DNA of 64,000 bases, taken from positions 264,986 through 328,985 of the forward strand of contig NW_005201287.1 of the NCBI RefSeq assembly GCF_000372725.1, in the 5' to 3' direction. This DNA comes from Emiliania huxleyi CCMP1516. Its lineage: Eukaryota. Below are positions 53,132 to 64,000 of the stretch, piece after piece. Each line of letters starts with the position of its first letter. The stretch's first letter is position 1. A program made the position numbers and the translations under genes. A model generated the notes under the pieces. That model did no database searches. It worked only from the letters and a program-made list of their open reading frames with translations, and was not told the DNA's origin.

Positions 53132-54049
53132 ATATGCGTGGAGTGTCGCCTAGGCAAAAAGCTGGCGGCGGCGTGTCTGGCGAGGGGGCGGCGGCGGTGG
53201 CTGCGGAAGCGAGCGGCGCGAGCGGCGGCCGAAACAGACATATATATATATCGCCCCCGGGGCCAGAAAAAGAATTTTCCGGCCACCGCGTTTTCTTTCT
53301 ATTCGTTTTAAATCCCTGTGTGGTGGCGGCGTGCCGTTCTCCCATCCCTCCCTTGGGTTGTCTGTTTTCTTTCTTTCTTTCTTCGTTTTAACACTTTAAG
53401 GTGGCAGTCCGGGTTCTGTGAAGAGGGTCGCTCGTCGAATGCGAGCCAGTTCGCTCGCGACGCCGACGCCGACGCCGCCGCCGGAACGACCGCGGCGGCC
53501 GGTCGAGCGGCCGCCCCGGCCAGCGGCCGTATCGAGCCTGCCCGTCGCGAAGGTGCGGACCTCACGCGCCCCACCGGCCGCCCGCGCCGCCGCGCCCACG
53601 TCGCTCTCTCGAAGCCCAGCGCCACGCCGCTACGACTCCCATCGCGACGACTCCCGTGCTCGCTCGTGGCGCAGGCGATCGACTCCTGACACCCATCGAG
53701 CGGATAAGCGCGTTCCCGCCGCGACCCGGTACTCTCGAACGACTTTTGAGGGCAAAAGGTGCCGCCCGAGCCCATTCCCGCCGCCCGCCGCCCGAGATCA
53801 GCTGCCACCGGCCAGCGCGCGCGCGGAGACCTGCCGCGAGCGCCTCCGTGGCCCTAGCTGGGGTGATTAGCAAGCGCCTCGGCACTTTAGATTCGCCCCT
53901 CGGGCTTTTCCGCGCGCGTGATCAGTCTCGCGTTCTCTCCTTTTTCAGGCGCCTGTTTTCGGCCTCTGAAGAGCAACCGTCGAGGCGTCGATGCTCGCCT
54001 CCACGCCCGCGCCAGACCTCCGCGATTGGGGCGCCTTGTCGACGGGATC

Positions 54050-54218
54050 AATTGTGATTCCGGGCGTATTTTTCTGACACTTTACTCGCACGTCGGCGAC
54101 TCTTAGTCGCTTCTCTGTGCTAGGAGGCCTCTGTTTTGTGTTTGTGAGGACTAGATCGAAACTAACATTTCGGCATATGCGAGTAAAGTATCAGAAAAAT
54201 GCGCGTTCGTTCACAATT
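54050..54218. repeat. AT-rich imperfect inverted repeat (arms ~41 bp), possible small MITE
   Basis: ATTTTTCTGACACTTTACTCGCA versus TGCGAGTAAAGTATCAGAAAAAT, plus outer AATTGTGA/TCACAATT. Confidence 0.75.
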
Positions 54219-54335
54219 CATGTGTATATGAACGGTGCCGACGGGTTTGGCGAGCATCGAAGCCGTCCAGGCGCAGCAACGCGACGGTTTCGGAGGCCGA
54301 CGACTCCGAACCAAGAGCCTCCCGAGCGAGGCCGG

Positions 54336-54993
54336 CGCGGTCACGGTACCGTGGAGGCCACAGACGTCGCCGGAGCGGCACTCCCGGGGCGCCACTCCCT
54401 CACCCGGTCAGGGGGGGCCAACCACAGCCCGCCTCACCGTCCGTGGAGCTTCCGTGGTCCGCCGCTTCGGCTTCGATTTTCGACCCTCCCGAGGCTGCTA
54501 GAGCAGCCCCGCGGAGCCTCCCGGATGCACCAGCACACCGTCGTCCAGAACGCCGGCGCACGCGCTGCCCAGTGACTGGGCGGGTCTGCCCCGACTAGGG
54601 GCGGGCCCAGCCGCGCGGAGAAGACCATCCCACTTGCGGTTCGTCGCACCGTCCGCTCCAGTTTTCGTCTCGAGCGGGTCGTGAGACGGCCGCGAGAGCG
54701 AGCACCGCGGTCACGGTACCTTGGAGGCCACAGACGTCGCCGGAGCGGCACTCCCGGGGCGCCACTCCCTCACCCGGTCAGGGGGGGCCAACCACAGCCC
54801 GCCTCACCGTCCGTGGAGCTTCCGTGGTCCGCCGCTCCGGCTTCGATTTTCGACCCTCCCGAGGCTGCTAGAGCAGCCCCGCGGAGCCTCCCGGATGCAT
54901 CGGCACACCGTCGTCCAGAACGCCGGCGCACGCGCTGCCCAGTGACTGGGCGGGTCGGCCCCGACTAGGGGCGGGCCCAGCCGCGCGGAGAAG
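54336..54993. repeat. Tandem duplication: two 288-bp near-identical copies with a 370-bp period
   Basis: 54336..54623 matches 54706..54993. Confidence 0.93.
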
Positions 54994-56046
54994 GCCAGCG
55001 AGCTCGAAACACGTCGCCGCGGCCGGCCGTTTCGCAAGCCTGAGCGGGTCGCCAGACACCCGCGAGAGCCAGCAGCTAGAGCGCCGTCGTAGCCGCAGAT
55101 CGAGTCGAGGAGCTTGATGTCCACGGTAGCAGTTGTGGAGAGCGGTGGCACGGTGCGTGTAGACGCGTCGATTGAGGGCTCCCTTTCAAAACGCGACGGG
55201 TACGGCTTGACAACTGCCAGCACAGTTTTACGCCGGCCAGCGTGAGACAGGTGTGCGACTACGCGCTCGTCTACGCGGAGAAGAAGAACGACGGCGACGC
55301 GCCGTACTCGGTCTCCTTCACCGCGACGCAGAGCGGCGACGTCATTGTGCAGCTCCACCCGCACTCACAGCTCGAGCGCGCGGTCCGCCATGAGCGGCAG
55401 GCGCAGGCCACGGAGCCGCCCGCGAGCGCGAGCCCTGCGGCGCCGCCAGCCCCTGCCGCCGAGCCGCCAGCTGCGGAGCCGGCGACCAACATGACGTACG
55501 CCGCCGCAGCCGCATTGCACCCGCAGGGTGCCACCGCGGGAGGGGCCAGCCCGCCGCGCCTGCGGGCCCGGCCGCCGCCGCGCGCGTGCCGCCGCCGCCC
55601 AGCGGCGGCGGAGTGCGTGGCTGCACTTTCACTGTCCCTAATCCGGGAAGGAAGCGCGGGCAGCAGCAGCGCGGCAAGGGCCGCAGTGCCAGCGGCCGCG
55701 CCAGTGCTGGACCCCGGCTCGTCGACAAGAACGCGCTGTCCGCTGTCGGCGCGCGGCGGCGGGCCCTCGCGCCAGTCGCGCTCTCCCTCACCGGACTCGC
55801 CGCCCGCCAAGCGGGCGTCCTCCGCCGACTGAGCCGAAAATTTATTTTTACACTGAGCCATATCCCCCCCTACTTAGAGCTGCCAGGAATAGCGTCATGC
55901 TCATGGGGCCGTAGGGTCAAAAATGAGAGACGACATCGATCATCGTGTCCATCACGACACTTTTCACCGTTGGTCTTCGGCTCTTCGCGTCTCACCCTGA
56001 CGCGAGCGTCTCGAAACCTCCGCTAAGAAGCGGGACACGGTGGCAG

Positions 56047-56186
56047 CGGGCACGGGCCAGGCCGCAACGCAACACGGGAGGGGGCGACACACGAGGGGCA
56101 CGGGCCAGGCCGCAACGCAACACGGGAGGGGGCGACACACGAGGGGCGACGGCAGCGGAGCAACGCAACACGGGAGGGGGCGACGG
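56047..56186. repeat. Short tandem repeat containing GCAACGCAACACGGGAGGGGGCGAC (3 copies)
   Basis: Directly visible downstream of the NHL gene. Confidence 0.85.
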
Positions 56187-56216
56187 CAGCGGAGCGAACG
56201 AAAGCGTGGGTGGCAA

Positions 56217-58352
56217 TCATGTTGTCACCTGACGGATGCGGTGGTTGGAGAAATCCGCCACGTAGACGGTCATGCCGTCGGGCGACACCGCCACGCCGTT
56301 CGGGTAGTTGAAGCTCGCGGCGGTGCCCGTGCCGTCGGCGGAGCCCGACGTGTCAGAGCCGGCGAGCGTGGTGGTGGCGCCGCCGGAGGTGTCGATCTTG
56401 CGGATGCGGTTATTGTAGGTATCCGCCACGTAGACGGTCCCACCGTCGGGCGACACCGCCACGCCGAACGGCTGGTTGAAGCTCGCGGCGGTGCCCGTGC
56501 CGTCGGCGGAGCCGGACGTCGAGCCGGCGAGTGTGGTGGTGGCGCCGTCGGAGGTGTCGATCTTGCGGATGCGGTTGTTGAAGTAATCCGCCACGTAGAC
56601 GGTCCCGCCGTCGGACGACACCGCCACGCTGGCCGGGCCCTCGAAGCTCGCGGCGGTGCCCGTGCCGTCGGCGGAGCCGGACGTCGAGCCTGCGAGCGTG
56701 GTGGTTTCGCCGTCGGAGGTGTCGATCTTGCGGATGCGGTGGTTCTCGGGATCCGCCACGTAGAGCGTCCCGCCGTCGGGCGACACCGCCACGCCGTACG
56801 GCTCCTTGAAGCTCGCGGCGGTGCCCGTGCCGTCGGCGAAGCCGGACGTCGAGCCTGCGAGCGTGGTGGTTTCGCCGCCGGAGGTGTCGATCTTGCGGAT
56901 GCGGTAGTTCCAGTAATCCGCCACGTAGACGGTCCCACCGTCGGGCGACACCGCCACGCCGAACGGCTGGTTGAAGCTCGCGGCGGTGCCCGTGCCGTCG
57001 GCGGAGCCGGACGTCGAGCCGGCGAGTGTGGTGGTTTCGCCGTCGGAGGTGTCGATCTTGCGGATGCGGTTGTTGAAGAAATCCGCCACGTAGACGGTCC
57101 CGCCGTCGGACGACACCGCCACGCTGGCCGGGCCGTTGAAGCTCGCGGCGGTGCCCGTGCCGTCGGCGGAGCCAACCGTCACAGAGCCTGCGAGCGTGGT
57201 GACTATGCCGGCCGGAGCGGAGGGGGTGGATGGCGGCGGCGGCGAGGGCGAGGCGGACGGAGGCGGCGGCGAGGGCGGCGGCGGCGAGGGCGGCGGCGGC
57301 NNNNNNNNNNNNNNNNNNNNNNNNNNNNNNNNNNNNNNNNNNNNNNNNNNNNNNNNNNNNNNNNNNNNNNNNNNNNNNNNNNNNNNNNNNNNNNNNNNNN
57401 GGGCGGCGAAGGCGAGGACGGCGACGGCGGGGCGGGAGGAGGAGGGGGTGGTGGCGGCGCCGGGGCGGGAGGAGGAGGGGGTGGCGGCGGCGGGGAGGGC
57501 GAGGCGCCGCCGCCGGCACCACCAAAGCTCGAGCGCAATGCCACGTTCGAACTCTCGGTCTTGACGAGGCACTCGACGTTGTTCGCCGGCGCCTTCAACG
57601 CGCGCGTGATGTCGCCCTCGCATGTGAACACCTTGCACATCGGCAAACGCTTCGTGAGGTACCAGTACTCGACGGCGGTGCAGGCCCTCAGGCAGCGCTG
57701 CTCACACAGTTCGGCGCTCTCGCCGAAGCCCCTGTACTCCTCCTGGCACTTGCCGCCGTTTACGTCGCAGAAGCCGGCGTAACGATCGAACCCGGGCGCA
57801 GCCGAAACGGGCGCGACGACCGAAGGGAGAAGCGCGTCGGAGCCGTGCGAGAAGTAGGCGAAGGCGCCGCCGCTCGTGGCGATGAGGCAGGTGCAGATGA
57901 TGCAGAGCACCTTCGGCCAGCAGAGCTTGGGCCACGAGAGCCAGCCGGAGGCGGAGACGGAGCCCTTCGGCGTGGCCGTCGTGGTCGTCTTGGGGTCGAC
58001 CGTCTTGTTGACCGTCTTGGGGGTCTTGGGCTTGACCGTCGCGCCCTGAACAGGGGCGCGAGACTGGCTGTGAGCGGCGAGCAGGGGGCGGAAACTGCAC
58101 GTGCAGGCGGCTAGCACCGAGTTTGTGGCCGACGGCGTGGATCCGCGGGTCGCCTTGGACGCCGCCTTGCCACCAACGGGTTCGCCAGCGACGTCTTCGT
58201 CTTCCTCGTCGACGTCCGTTCCGAGCAGCTCCGCGAACCCGTTGGGGTCGACGCGGCCGATCGGGGTGAGGTTCTTGGCCGTCTTGGAGCGGTCGACCAG
58301 GTTGGACTCGCTCTTGCGGAGCGGGGAGGGGGACTTCCACTCGTCGATGCCC
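56217..58352 (-). CDS. Membrane-anchored NHL-repeat (six-blade propeller) protein; further 5' exon(s) probably extend to ~58.99 kb
   Basis: Six repeats TTLAGS..GSADGTGTAASF..P.GVAVSPDGGTVYVAD..N.RIRKID, preceded by a PPPSP stalk (spanning the N-gap), a Cys-rich module and a TM segment (VLCIICTCLIATSGGAFAYF). Confidence 0.88.
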
Positions 58353-59181
58353 TGCGCGCGCACGGTCAGGGAGTGGGTTGGCAGAAGCGCGCAGAGGAGG
58401 CCAAAGCCGCAGGCGAGGAGGGCCGGCCGGGCGGTGAGCGGGTGGTAGCGCGTGCTGAGCTAGGGCGTGTGGGTGCCGTGAGGCGCTGTGCCCGGCGGGG
58501 AGAGCGGTTGCGCGAATCGGAGGCCCGGGCGGCTCGATGTGTTGGCGTTTTGGGACCGTCGCTGTGCACCGCAGGCGAGGAGGGCCGGGCGCGCGGAGAG
58601 AGGTCTCGTCTTCGGGGCGCGCGAGTCGGGTGGGCGTCAGGGTGCGTCCGAGCGAGTGAGGGCCCGGGAGCAAGCGTGGTTTGGGCCGGCGAGCACCGTG
58701 AAGGGGGATCCATCGGCACGCCTTGCTCAGTGGCGCGAGCGACCAGGACCACGCGCCCCTCGTGGCTACATGCACATCCACATCCACGTCCACCTGCAGT
58801 CCGGATCTCACGCCGATCGTGTCGTCGCCGTTGCTCGGGGGTGCTCGGGCCGTTGCTCGGGGGCGAGGCGAGGCGAGACAGGCGGAGGCCGGAGGCCCCA
58901 CGTGAGAGGTGAGTCCCGCTTAGGCCGGCGGTGAGGGACGGACGAGGGGTGTCTGCATGGTCTGTGTCGCTCTTCAAGTTTTTTCATTTTTGTATTTTGA
59001 CCTCCGCTCCCGGGCGAGGCCCATGCCGTTCCCCCCACCTCCCCCTCTGCGCTCTGCCTCTGGCCCTGCGCCCCCCGGCAAAAGCCAACCCCCCCCCTGG
59101 CCCCGCCATCGGCCGAATCGCGTTTTTTTTCGCGCAAATCAACCCCACGCCCCATCGCGCGATTTTCGCGCGAAAGAAAAA

Positions 59182-60114
59182 TCAGCCGTCACTCGCCAAC
59201 GCGCACTCGGACTCGCCAAGGCGCGCATCTATCGTCGCTCGAGTCCTCGCCCACTCCTGCACGCACGAGCGCTCGCCCAAAGCCGCCGCCTCGACCACAA
59301 CCCTCCAGTCCCACGGACAGCCCTGCTCGAGGGCCCACTCGAGCACGTCGAGGTGGCCTCCCCACGCAGCCGCCTGGCACACCTCCTCGCTCCACGGGTG
59401 GCCCTCGGCCCGCAGCGCGCGCAGCCCGTCCAGGTCGCCACGTTTGGCGGCCAGCGAGCACGGAGTGTAGTTCGGGCGGGGCGCCGGCTGGCGCGGCCGG
59501 AGGTAGTCGTCAGCGGCCATGAAGAGCACCTCGGACTTGCCCGCGAATGGCAGGCGGGTGCGGCGTATGCGCGGGTCCTTTTCCTGCAGGTAGGCGACAA
59601 AGGCGGACTGCTTGCGCACTCCTCCGCCCGACGCCATCTTGCGGGGCTGGAAGAGCCGACCGAAGGCGCAGCAGGGCACGACGGCGAACGGCCTGCCGTG
59701 CGCGAGCGCCGCTTGCACGATGGCCTCGGTGGGCTCGTCCGGGTGGAGGCCGACGATGGCAGCGCAGTCGGCGACACACGACGGCCAGACGTGCTCCATG
59801 ACGTGCTCGAGCGTGTGTCGGAGAATGACCAGCGGCTCGTTGGAGGCTGCAGCGGCGGCAGCGGCGGCAGCGGCGGCGGCGGCGTCGGTGCTGTCCGTGC
59901 CAAAGGTGTCGGAGTATAGCGCTCGCCCCGCGAGCGCACACGGGTCGACAAGCGCCACTCTATGGCCGAGCGCGACCAGTGCCGACGAGAGATGCCCCTT
60001 GCCGCCAGCCACGTCTAGCACACGGCGATTCAGTTGCGGACCGTGAGGCAGCAGCTCGCGAGCGATCCACGCTGCGAAGAGTGTGTGACGCTCTCGCTTG
60101 TCCTGCAGCTCCAT
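59182..60114 (-). CDS. Methyltransferase-like domain fused to ankyrin-like repeats (intronless)
   Basis: VLDVAGGKG (SAM motif I), IVGLHPDEPTEAIV...PFAVVPCC, then CQAAAWGGHLDVLEWALEQGCPWD. ATG at 60114. Confidence 0.8.
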   Translation of the reverse strand: MELQDKRERHTLFAAWIARELLPHGPQLNRRVLDVAGGKGHLSSALVALGHRVALVDPCALAGRALYSDTFGTDSTDAAAAAAAAAAAAASNEPLVILRHTLEHVMEHVWPSCVADCAAIVGLHPDEPTEAIVQAALAHGRPFAVVPCCAFGRLFQPRKMASGGGVRKQSAFVAYLQEKDPRIRRTRLPFAGKSEVLFMAADDYLRPRQPAPRPNYTPCSLAAKRGDLDGLRALRAEGHPWSEEVCQAAAWGGHLDVLEWALEQGCPWDWRVVVEAAALGERSCVQEWARTRATIDARLGESECALASDG

Positions 60115-60329
60115 TTCCCGCGGAAAAGCCGAACGCCGCGCTGACGCGACCTCTGCGAGTGGAAACGGGACGTACGGACGAGCCGAGGACGATAGAGAGA
60201 CCGCGGGCGCGGGCGCGAGTCCTCGACCGAAGAGAGCTGGCCCCACCTCCCCGGGAGGGGCGGGTATGGTTCTTGCACTTGTGCAAGATTGGGCGTCTTC
60301 TGCCGCAGTCCCTTTGATGGGAGGCCCCA

Positions 60330-61670
60330 GGGTGGGGGCCACCTCGAACCCCCGGCCAGGGATTCGAGCGGAGGGTGCCCCGGATTCATCTATCCGTTGG
60401 GCCCCGGCACCTATTTTAGAACTGATCACTTTGCGCAGCAACCGTCGGCCGCCGCTTTTTAGCTGGACGGCGGTACGCTGCGCCGTCGCTCTGTCGTGCA
60501 CGCTCTCGTGCCTCGTTGTTGTGACACGGGAGTAGAGTCGAGAGGTAGCCCTCGACGAGACGACCGGCGCCGCGATGCCAGACCTCACTGCCGCCGAGCT
60601 CAGCATTCCGGCCGAGCAGCACCCCGATCCCGCAAAGCCACTGGTGATACCCGTCGACTCAACAGTGGTAGGCTCTACCCTGCGCTTCATTCCGTGGTCT
60701 GTGGTGGGCAATCCGGCCCTCCTCCAGCTGCCCCCTCCTCCTCCGGGGATGCAACCGTCGTGGGTCCAGATTCCGCAGTGGGTCGCCATCAGTGCGCTGC
60801 TCGCCTTCAGTGAGCCCGAGCCCGCTGTGGCCACCCACTTTGACAGGCTCAGCGTCTTGCGGCTGGCCGTATTGGCCGCGGCCTGGCGCCGCATCCTCGG
60901 TGCCTTGTCCGACCTCGGCGTCTTCAGCACGGTGCACGTGGATGAGGATGCGTTCCGTACGGTGTGCATCCAGGCTCTGCACTCCCGCCAAATCCCGGTG
61001 CCCGAGCTCTATCTGCAGTGGGGCGATTTGGGGTACTCTGAGGCTATCGTGCCCTTGGGACCAGCGCCATCTGCAGAAGCGAAGGCCGTCGACTTCTTGC
61101 AGTACGCGACGGTCGGGGCTCTTTGCGACCCTACGGCCGACGTCCCGTTCGCAGCCCTGTCTGACATGACCCGCTGCTTGGGGCCCGTCTTCACGGCGGC
61201 GGCGCGCGTCGATCCCATGGGGAGCGCCGTCGTGGGGGCTGCATCGCTCGCCGCCGCCGCTGGTCACATCACTCCGCGAGCGAGCGATGGGCATCCCGCC
61301 CTGCTCTCTCGGCATGTGCTCAGCATGCTGAAGACTACCCGCGCGAGTTTCCCGGCCTGCCTGAGGACCAACTCCTTTCAGAACTACTCTGCGGAGGTTG
61401 AGACTCGCGCCGAGTATGTGGGCGGGACCGCCGTGGCGCGCGACCGAGTGGCCGAGCAACGTTGCTCGCGCGCTGGGTGGGGGCCACCTCGAACCCCCGG
61501 CCAGGGATTCGAGCGGAGGGTGCCCCGGATTCATCTATCCGTTGGGCCCCGGCACCTATTTTAGAACTGATCACTTTGCGCAGCAACCGTCGGCCGCCGC
61601 TTTTTAGCTGGACGGCGGTACGCTGCGCCGTCGCTCTGTCGTGCACGCTCTCGTGCCTCGTTGTTGTGAC
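60330..61670 (+). mobile_element. Internally deleted retroelement-like unit: two 196-bp direct repeats flanking a truncated ORF
   Basis: 60330..60525 matches 61475..61670. The ORF from ATG 60575 runs into the second repeat. No RT, integrase or recombinase motifs remain. Confidence 0.75.
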
Positions 61671-62229
61671 CCACCCTGTCCCACCCGTGTGTGATCAGTG
61701 TCTACGGGGGGGAGTGTCTTCGGCTCACGCCAGGGCGCTCGTTGCTCCTCCGTCTCTTTGTATCTTCCATACTGCGTTTATCAGAAGACCGTGGCGATCC
61801 AATGCCGCCGCCCTCGCCCGAGGAGTCGGGCATGGGATCACCGCCGTCACCGGAGGCGGAGTCAACAGGAGCAGGCAGCTCCATCTCCCGCGGAAAAAGG
61901 AAATGCGGTGTCTTGCGGGCATTAAGAATTTTACCACAAAAGCCTTTCGCACACGCACGATTCACACGACAGACAAGGCGCAGGCGATGGCTTCCTTAGA
62001 CATACACACGATTCAGACCCATGTGCCATGACGCCCAGCATATGACGCATGTGTGCCGACTTGTGTCATACCCTGATCGCTACGGTTTCTCAGCTCTCCG
62101 CGATGCGGAGCGCGTGCATCGACTTTGCACTTTCTCGAGCGCATCGGTCACGGAAAGTACGTCGAGTGGGTGCGCAACCGGCCCTTAATTAACGGGAAAC
62201 CGGAAACACTTCTCCCTCTCGAGCCAAAC

Positions 62230-62307
62230 AGGTAAGGTAAGGTAAGGTAGATTTCTCCACACACACAAGTGGTGGGGCAAGGAGGGGCGACCCTCGCATC
62301 TCCACAC
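62230..62307 (-). mobile_element. Retroposon 3' end with (TTACC)n tail; may extend toward ~62.5 kb
   Basis: Reverse-complement homologue of 13937..14016. Confidence 0.65.
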
Positions 62308-62681
62308 CCGGACACGGGCAGGAGCCCCACGGCATTCAAAGTGCAAGCACTGGCCCGGTGCACGTGGGTGAGCAGGCAGCAGCCTGCCCCTCCCTCCCGA
62401 CAAACCAACTCCCGCACACACACAATCGCACTCTGGCCATCGAATGACTCCGAATGACTCACTGTGTGTGCTAAGACAAAATCTCCGCAGACAGCCAAAA
62501 CGGGCCGACCCGTGCCGCGTTTGTGGTGTCCTCTCAAGCACTAGCATCTGGGCGCCGCACAGAGCGCACTCGACTCTCGAGCGGGCGGGAGCCAAACAAT
62601 CGAAGAGAAAAAAAATCTCGCGGGACTACTCATGTGCACCTTCCCCGCTACTTCTCCCGTACGCGGCAGCGTTCCTTAGCA

Positions 62682-62796
62682 CTTGGAGCACTTGGAGTGC
62701 AGTTGGCAGCCTCACATCCAGGGCCGGGGAGCTCAGAAGCGCACCCAGCGGGCCGGATGATCGGGATCGGGTTGCCGGCAAGAGAGCCCTAGCCCC
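62682..62796 (-). mobile_element. SINE-like repeat, full-length copy
   Basis: CTTGGAGCACTTGGAGTGCAG...GAGAGCCCTAGCCCC. Confidence 0.75.
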
Positions 62797-62911
62797 TTAG
62801 CGAGGATATTTTAGGTCACAGACACAAACACAGACCCACATGCTCACAGACCAACATACTCGCGCCCACAAGCCATCCGGTGCGAGAGCATTCCGAGCTG
62901 CGTGTTGCCTC

Positions 62912-64000
62912 TTATTCGCGCTCCCCAACCGCCCGCGCGTACGCCACCGCCGCCTCCACCGCCGTGCCGAAGCAGCCGAAGGAGACCTTCTTCCCGCCCT
63001 TCTGGTCAGCGGCCACGAAGCGGCCCTTGACCTTGCACACGCCCCTGTAGCCGGTACTGTTGTTGCTCGAGAGATGCAAGCGCAGCCCCTCCGCCTCCGC
63101 CACGACGCCCACCCGCAGGAGCGCCGCTGCCGCCTCGTTGTCGGAGTCCATCAGCACGGGGGCGGCGGCGGCGACCGCCCGCGCGTACGCCACCGCCGCC
63201 TCCACCGCCGAATCGAAGGTGCCGAGGGAGACCGCCCGCCCGCCCACCTTGCGCTGCGCCTCGAAGCGGCCAGAGACGCGCTTGGTCACGCCCTTGTAGC
63301 CGCTGCTGCTGCTGCTCGAGAGGTGCAGCTGCAGCCCCTCCGCCTCCGCCACAATGCCCGCCCGGAGGAGCGCCGCTGCCGCCTCTTTGTCGGAGTCCGT
63401 CTGCACGACGGCGGACTCCGCGCTGCCCTCGCCGCCGTGGGACGGCAAGTCCATGCCAGAGAGCACGACCGCCGTCTCCTCGGCGCGACCCGCCGCGCTA
63501 GCATCCAGCCTCAGTCCGTGTGGAGGCTCGAGCACGTCGGCGGCGGCGGCGGCGGCAACGACAGTGGCAGCGGCGGCAGCGGTGGAGGTGGCGGCAGTGG
63601 CGGCGGTGACGGCAGTGGCGGCGGCGGCGGCGGCGACCGCCCGCGCGTACGCCACCGCCGCCTCCACCGCCGAATCGAAGGTGCCGAGGGAGACCACCCG
63701 CCCGCCCACCTTGCGCTGCGCCTCGAAGCGGCAAGGCAAGGTCGCCCGCTTCGAGTAACGGCGCACGAGAAGTGCGGGACACCTCCTCTGGTCCCGAGTA
63801 CGGGCCTCGCGCACGCCTGCGTAGCCGGTGCTGCTGCGGCTGGAGAGGTGCAAGCGCAGCCCCTCCGCCTCCGCCACAATGCCCACCCGCAGGAGTGCCG
63901 CTGCCGCCTCGTTGTCGGAGCCCGTCTTCATGAGGGCGGACTTCTGCGCGCGGCGCTCCTCGCGCTCCGCCTGCCGCTCCGCCTGCCACTTCGCCTGCCA
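62912..64000 (-). CDS. Multi-AP2/ERF-like domain protein, 5' part outside the window
   Basis: Three repeats of EAEGLRLHLS....GY.GV....RFEAQ......LGTFDSAVEAAVAYARAV. Confidence 0.85.
   Translation of the reverse strand, partial: WQAKWQAERQAEREERRAQKSALMKTGSDNEAAAALLRVGIVAEAEGLRLHLSSRSSTGYAGVREARTRDQRRCPALLVRRYSKRATLPCRFEAQRKVGGRVVSLGTFDSAVEAAVAYARAVAAAAAATAVTAATAATSTAAAAATVVAAAAAADVLEPPHGLRLDASAAGRAEETAVVLSGMDLPSHGGEGSAESAVVQTDSDKEAAAALLRAGIVAEAEGLQLHLSSSSSSGYKGVTKRVSGRFEAQRKVGGRAVSLGTFDSAVEAAVAYARAVAAAAPVLMDSDNEAAAALLRVGVVAEAEGLRLHLSSNNSTGYRGVCKVKGRFVAADQKGGKKVSFGCFGTAVEAAVAYARAVGERE

Overview
GC-rich, intron-containing eukaryotic draft scaffold with four N-gaps. The frequent GC-AG introns, 10-11 bp intronic tandem repeats, (TTAGGG)n tracts and algal-type AP2 repeats suggest a haptophyte such as Emiliania huxleyi; this is inference, not a database result. 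About 18 genes can be supported: two inverted paralogous ankyrin genes flanking an atypical cytochrome P450, a frameshifted F-box/kelch gene, thaumatin, a sulfotransferase, a MYND-finger protein, a plastid-targeted DUF6464-like protein, an ankyrin/TM/DnaJ protein, two methyltransferase-like genes, a YAK1/DYRK kinase, an A1 aspartic protease, an astacin, a nucleotide-sugar transporter, an NHL-repeat protein, an AP2 protein and two hypothetical genes. Most six-frame ORFs are GC-driven shadows. The four most notable observations are: (1) in many genes the start of an intron is an imperfect copy of the start of the next exon; (2) a non-autonomous hAT element (12-bp TIR, 8-bp TSD) carries telomeric tracts and a 180-bp tandem array; (3) two copies of a TIR element share a ~150-nt hairpin with compensatory changes and bracket the P450; (4) a ~115-bp SINE-like family occurs seven times, often just upstream of genes. 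Exon boundaries were read by eye and are provisional.
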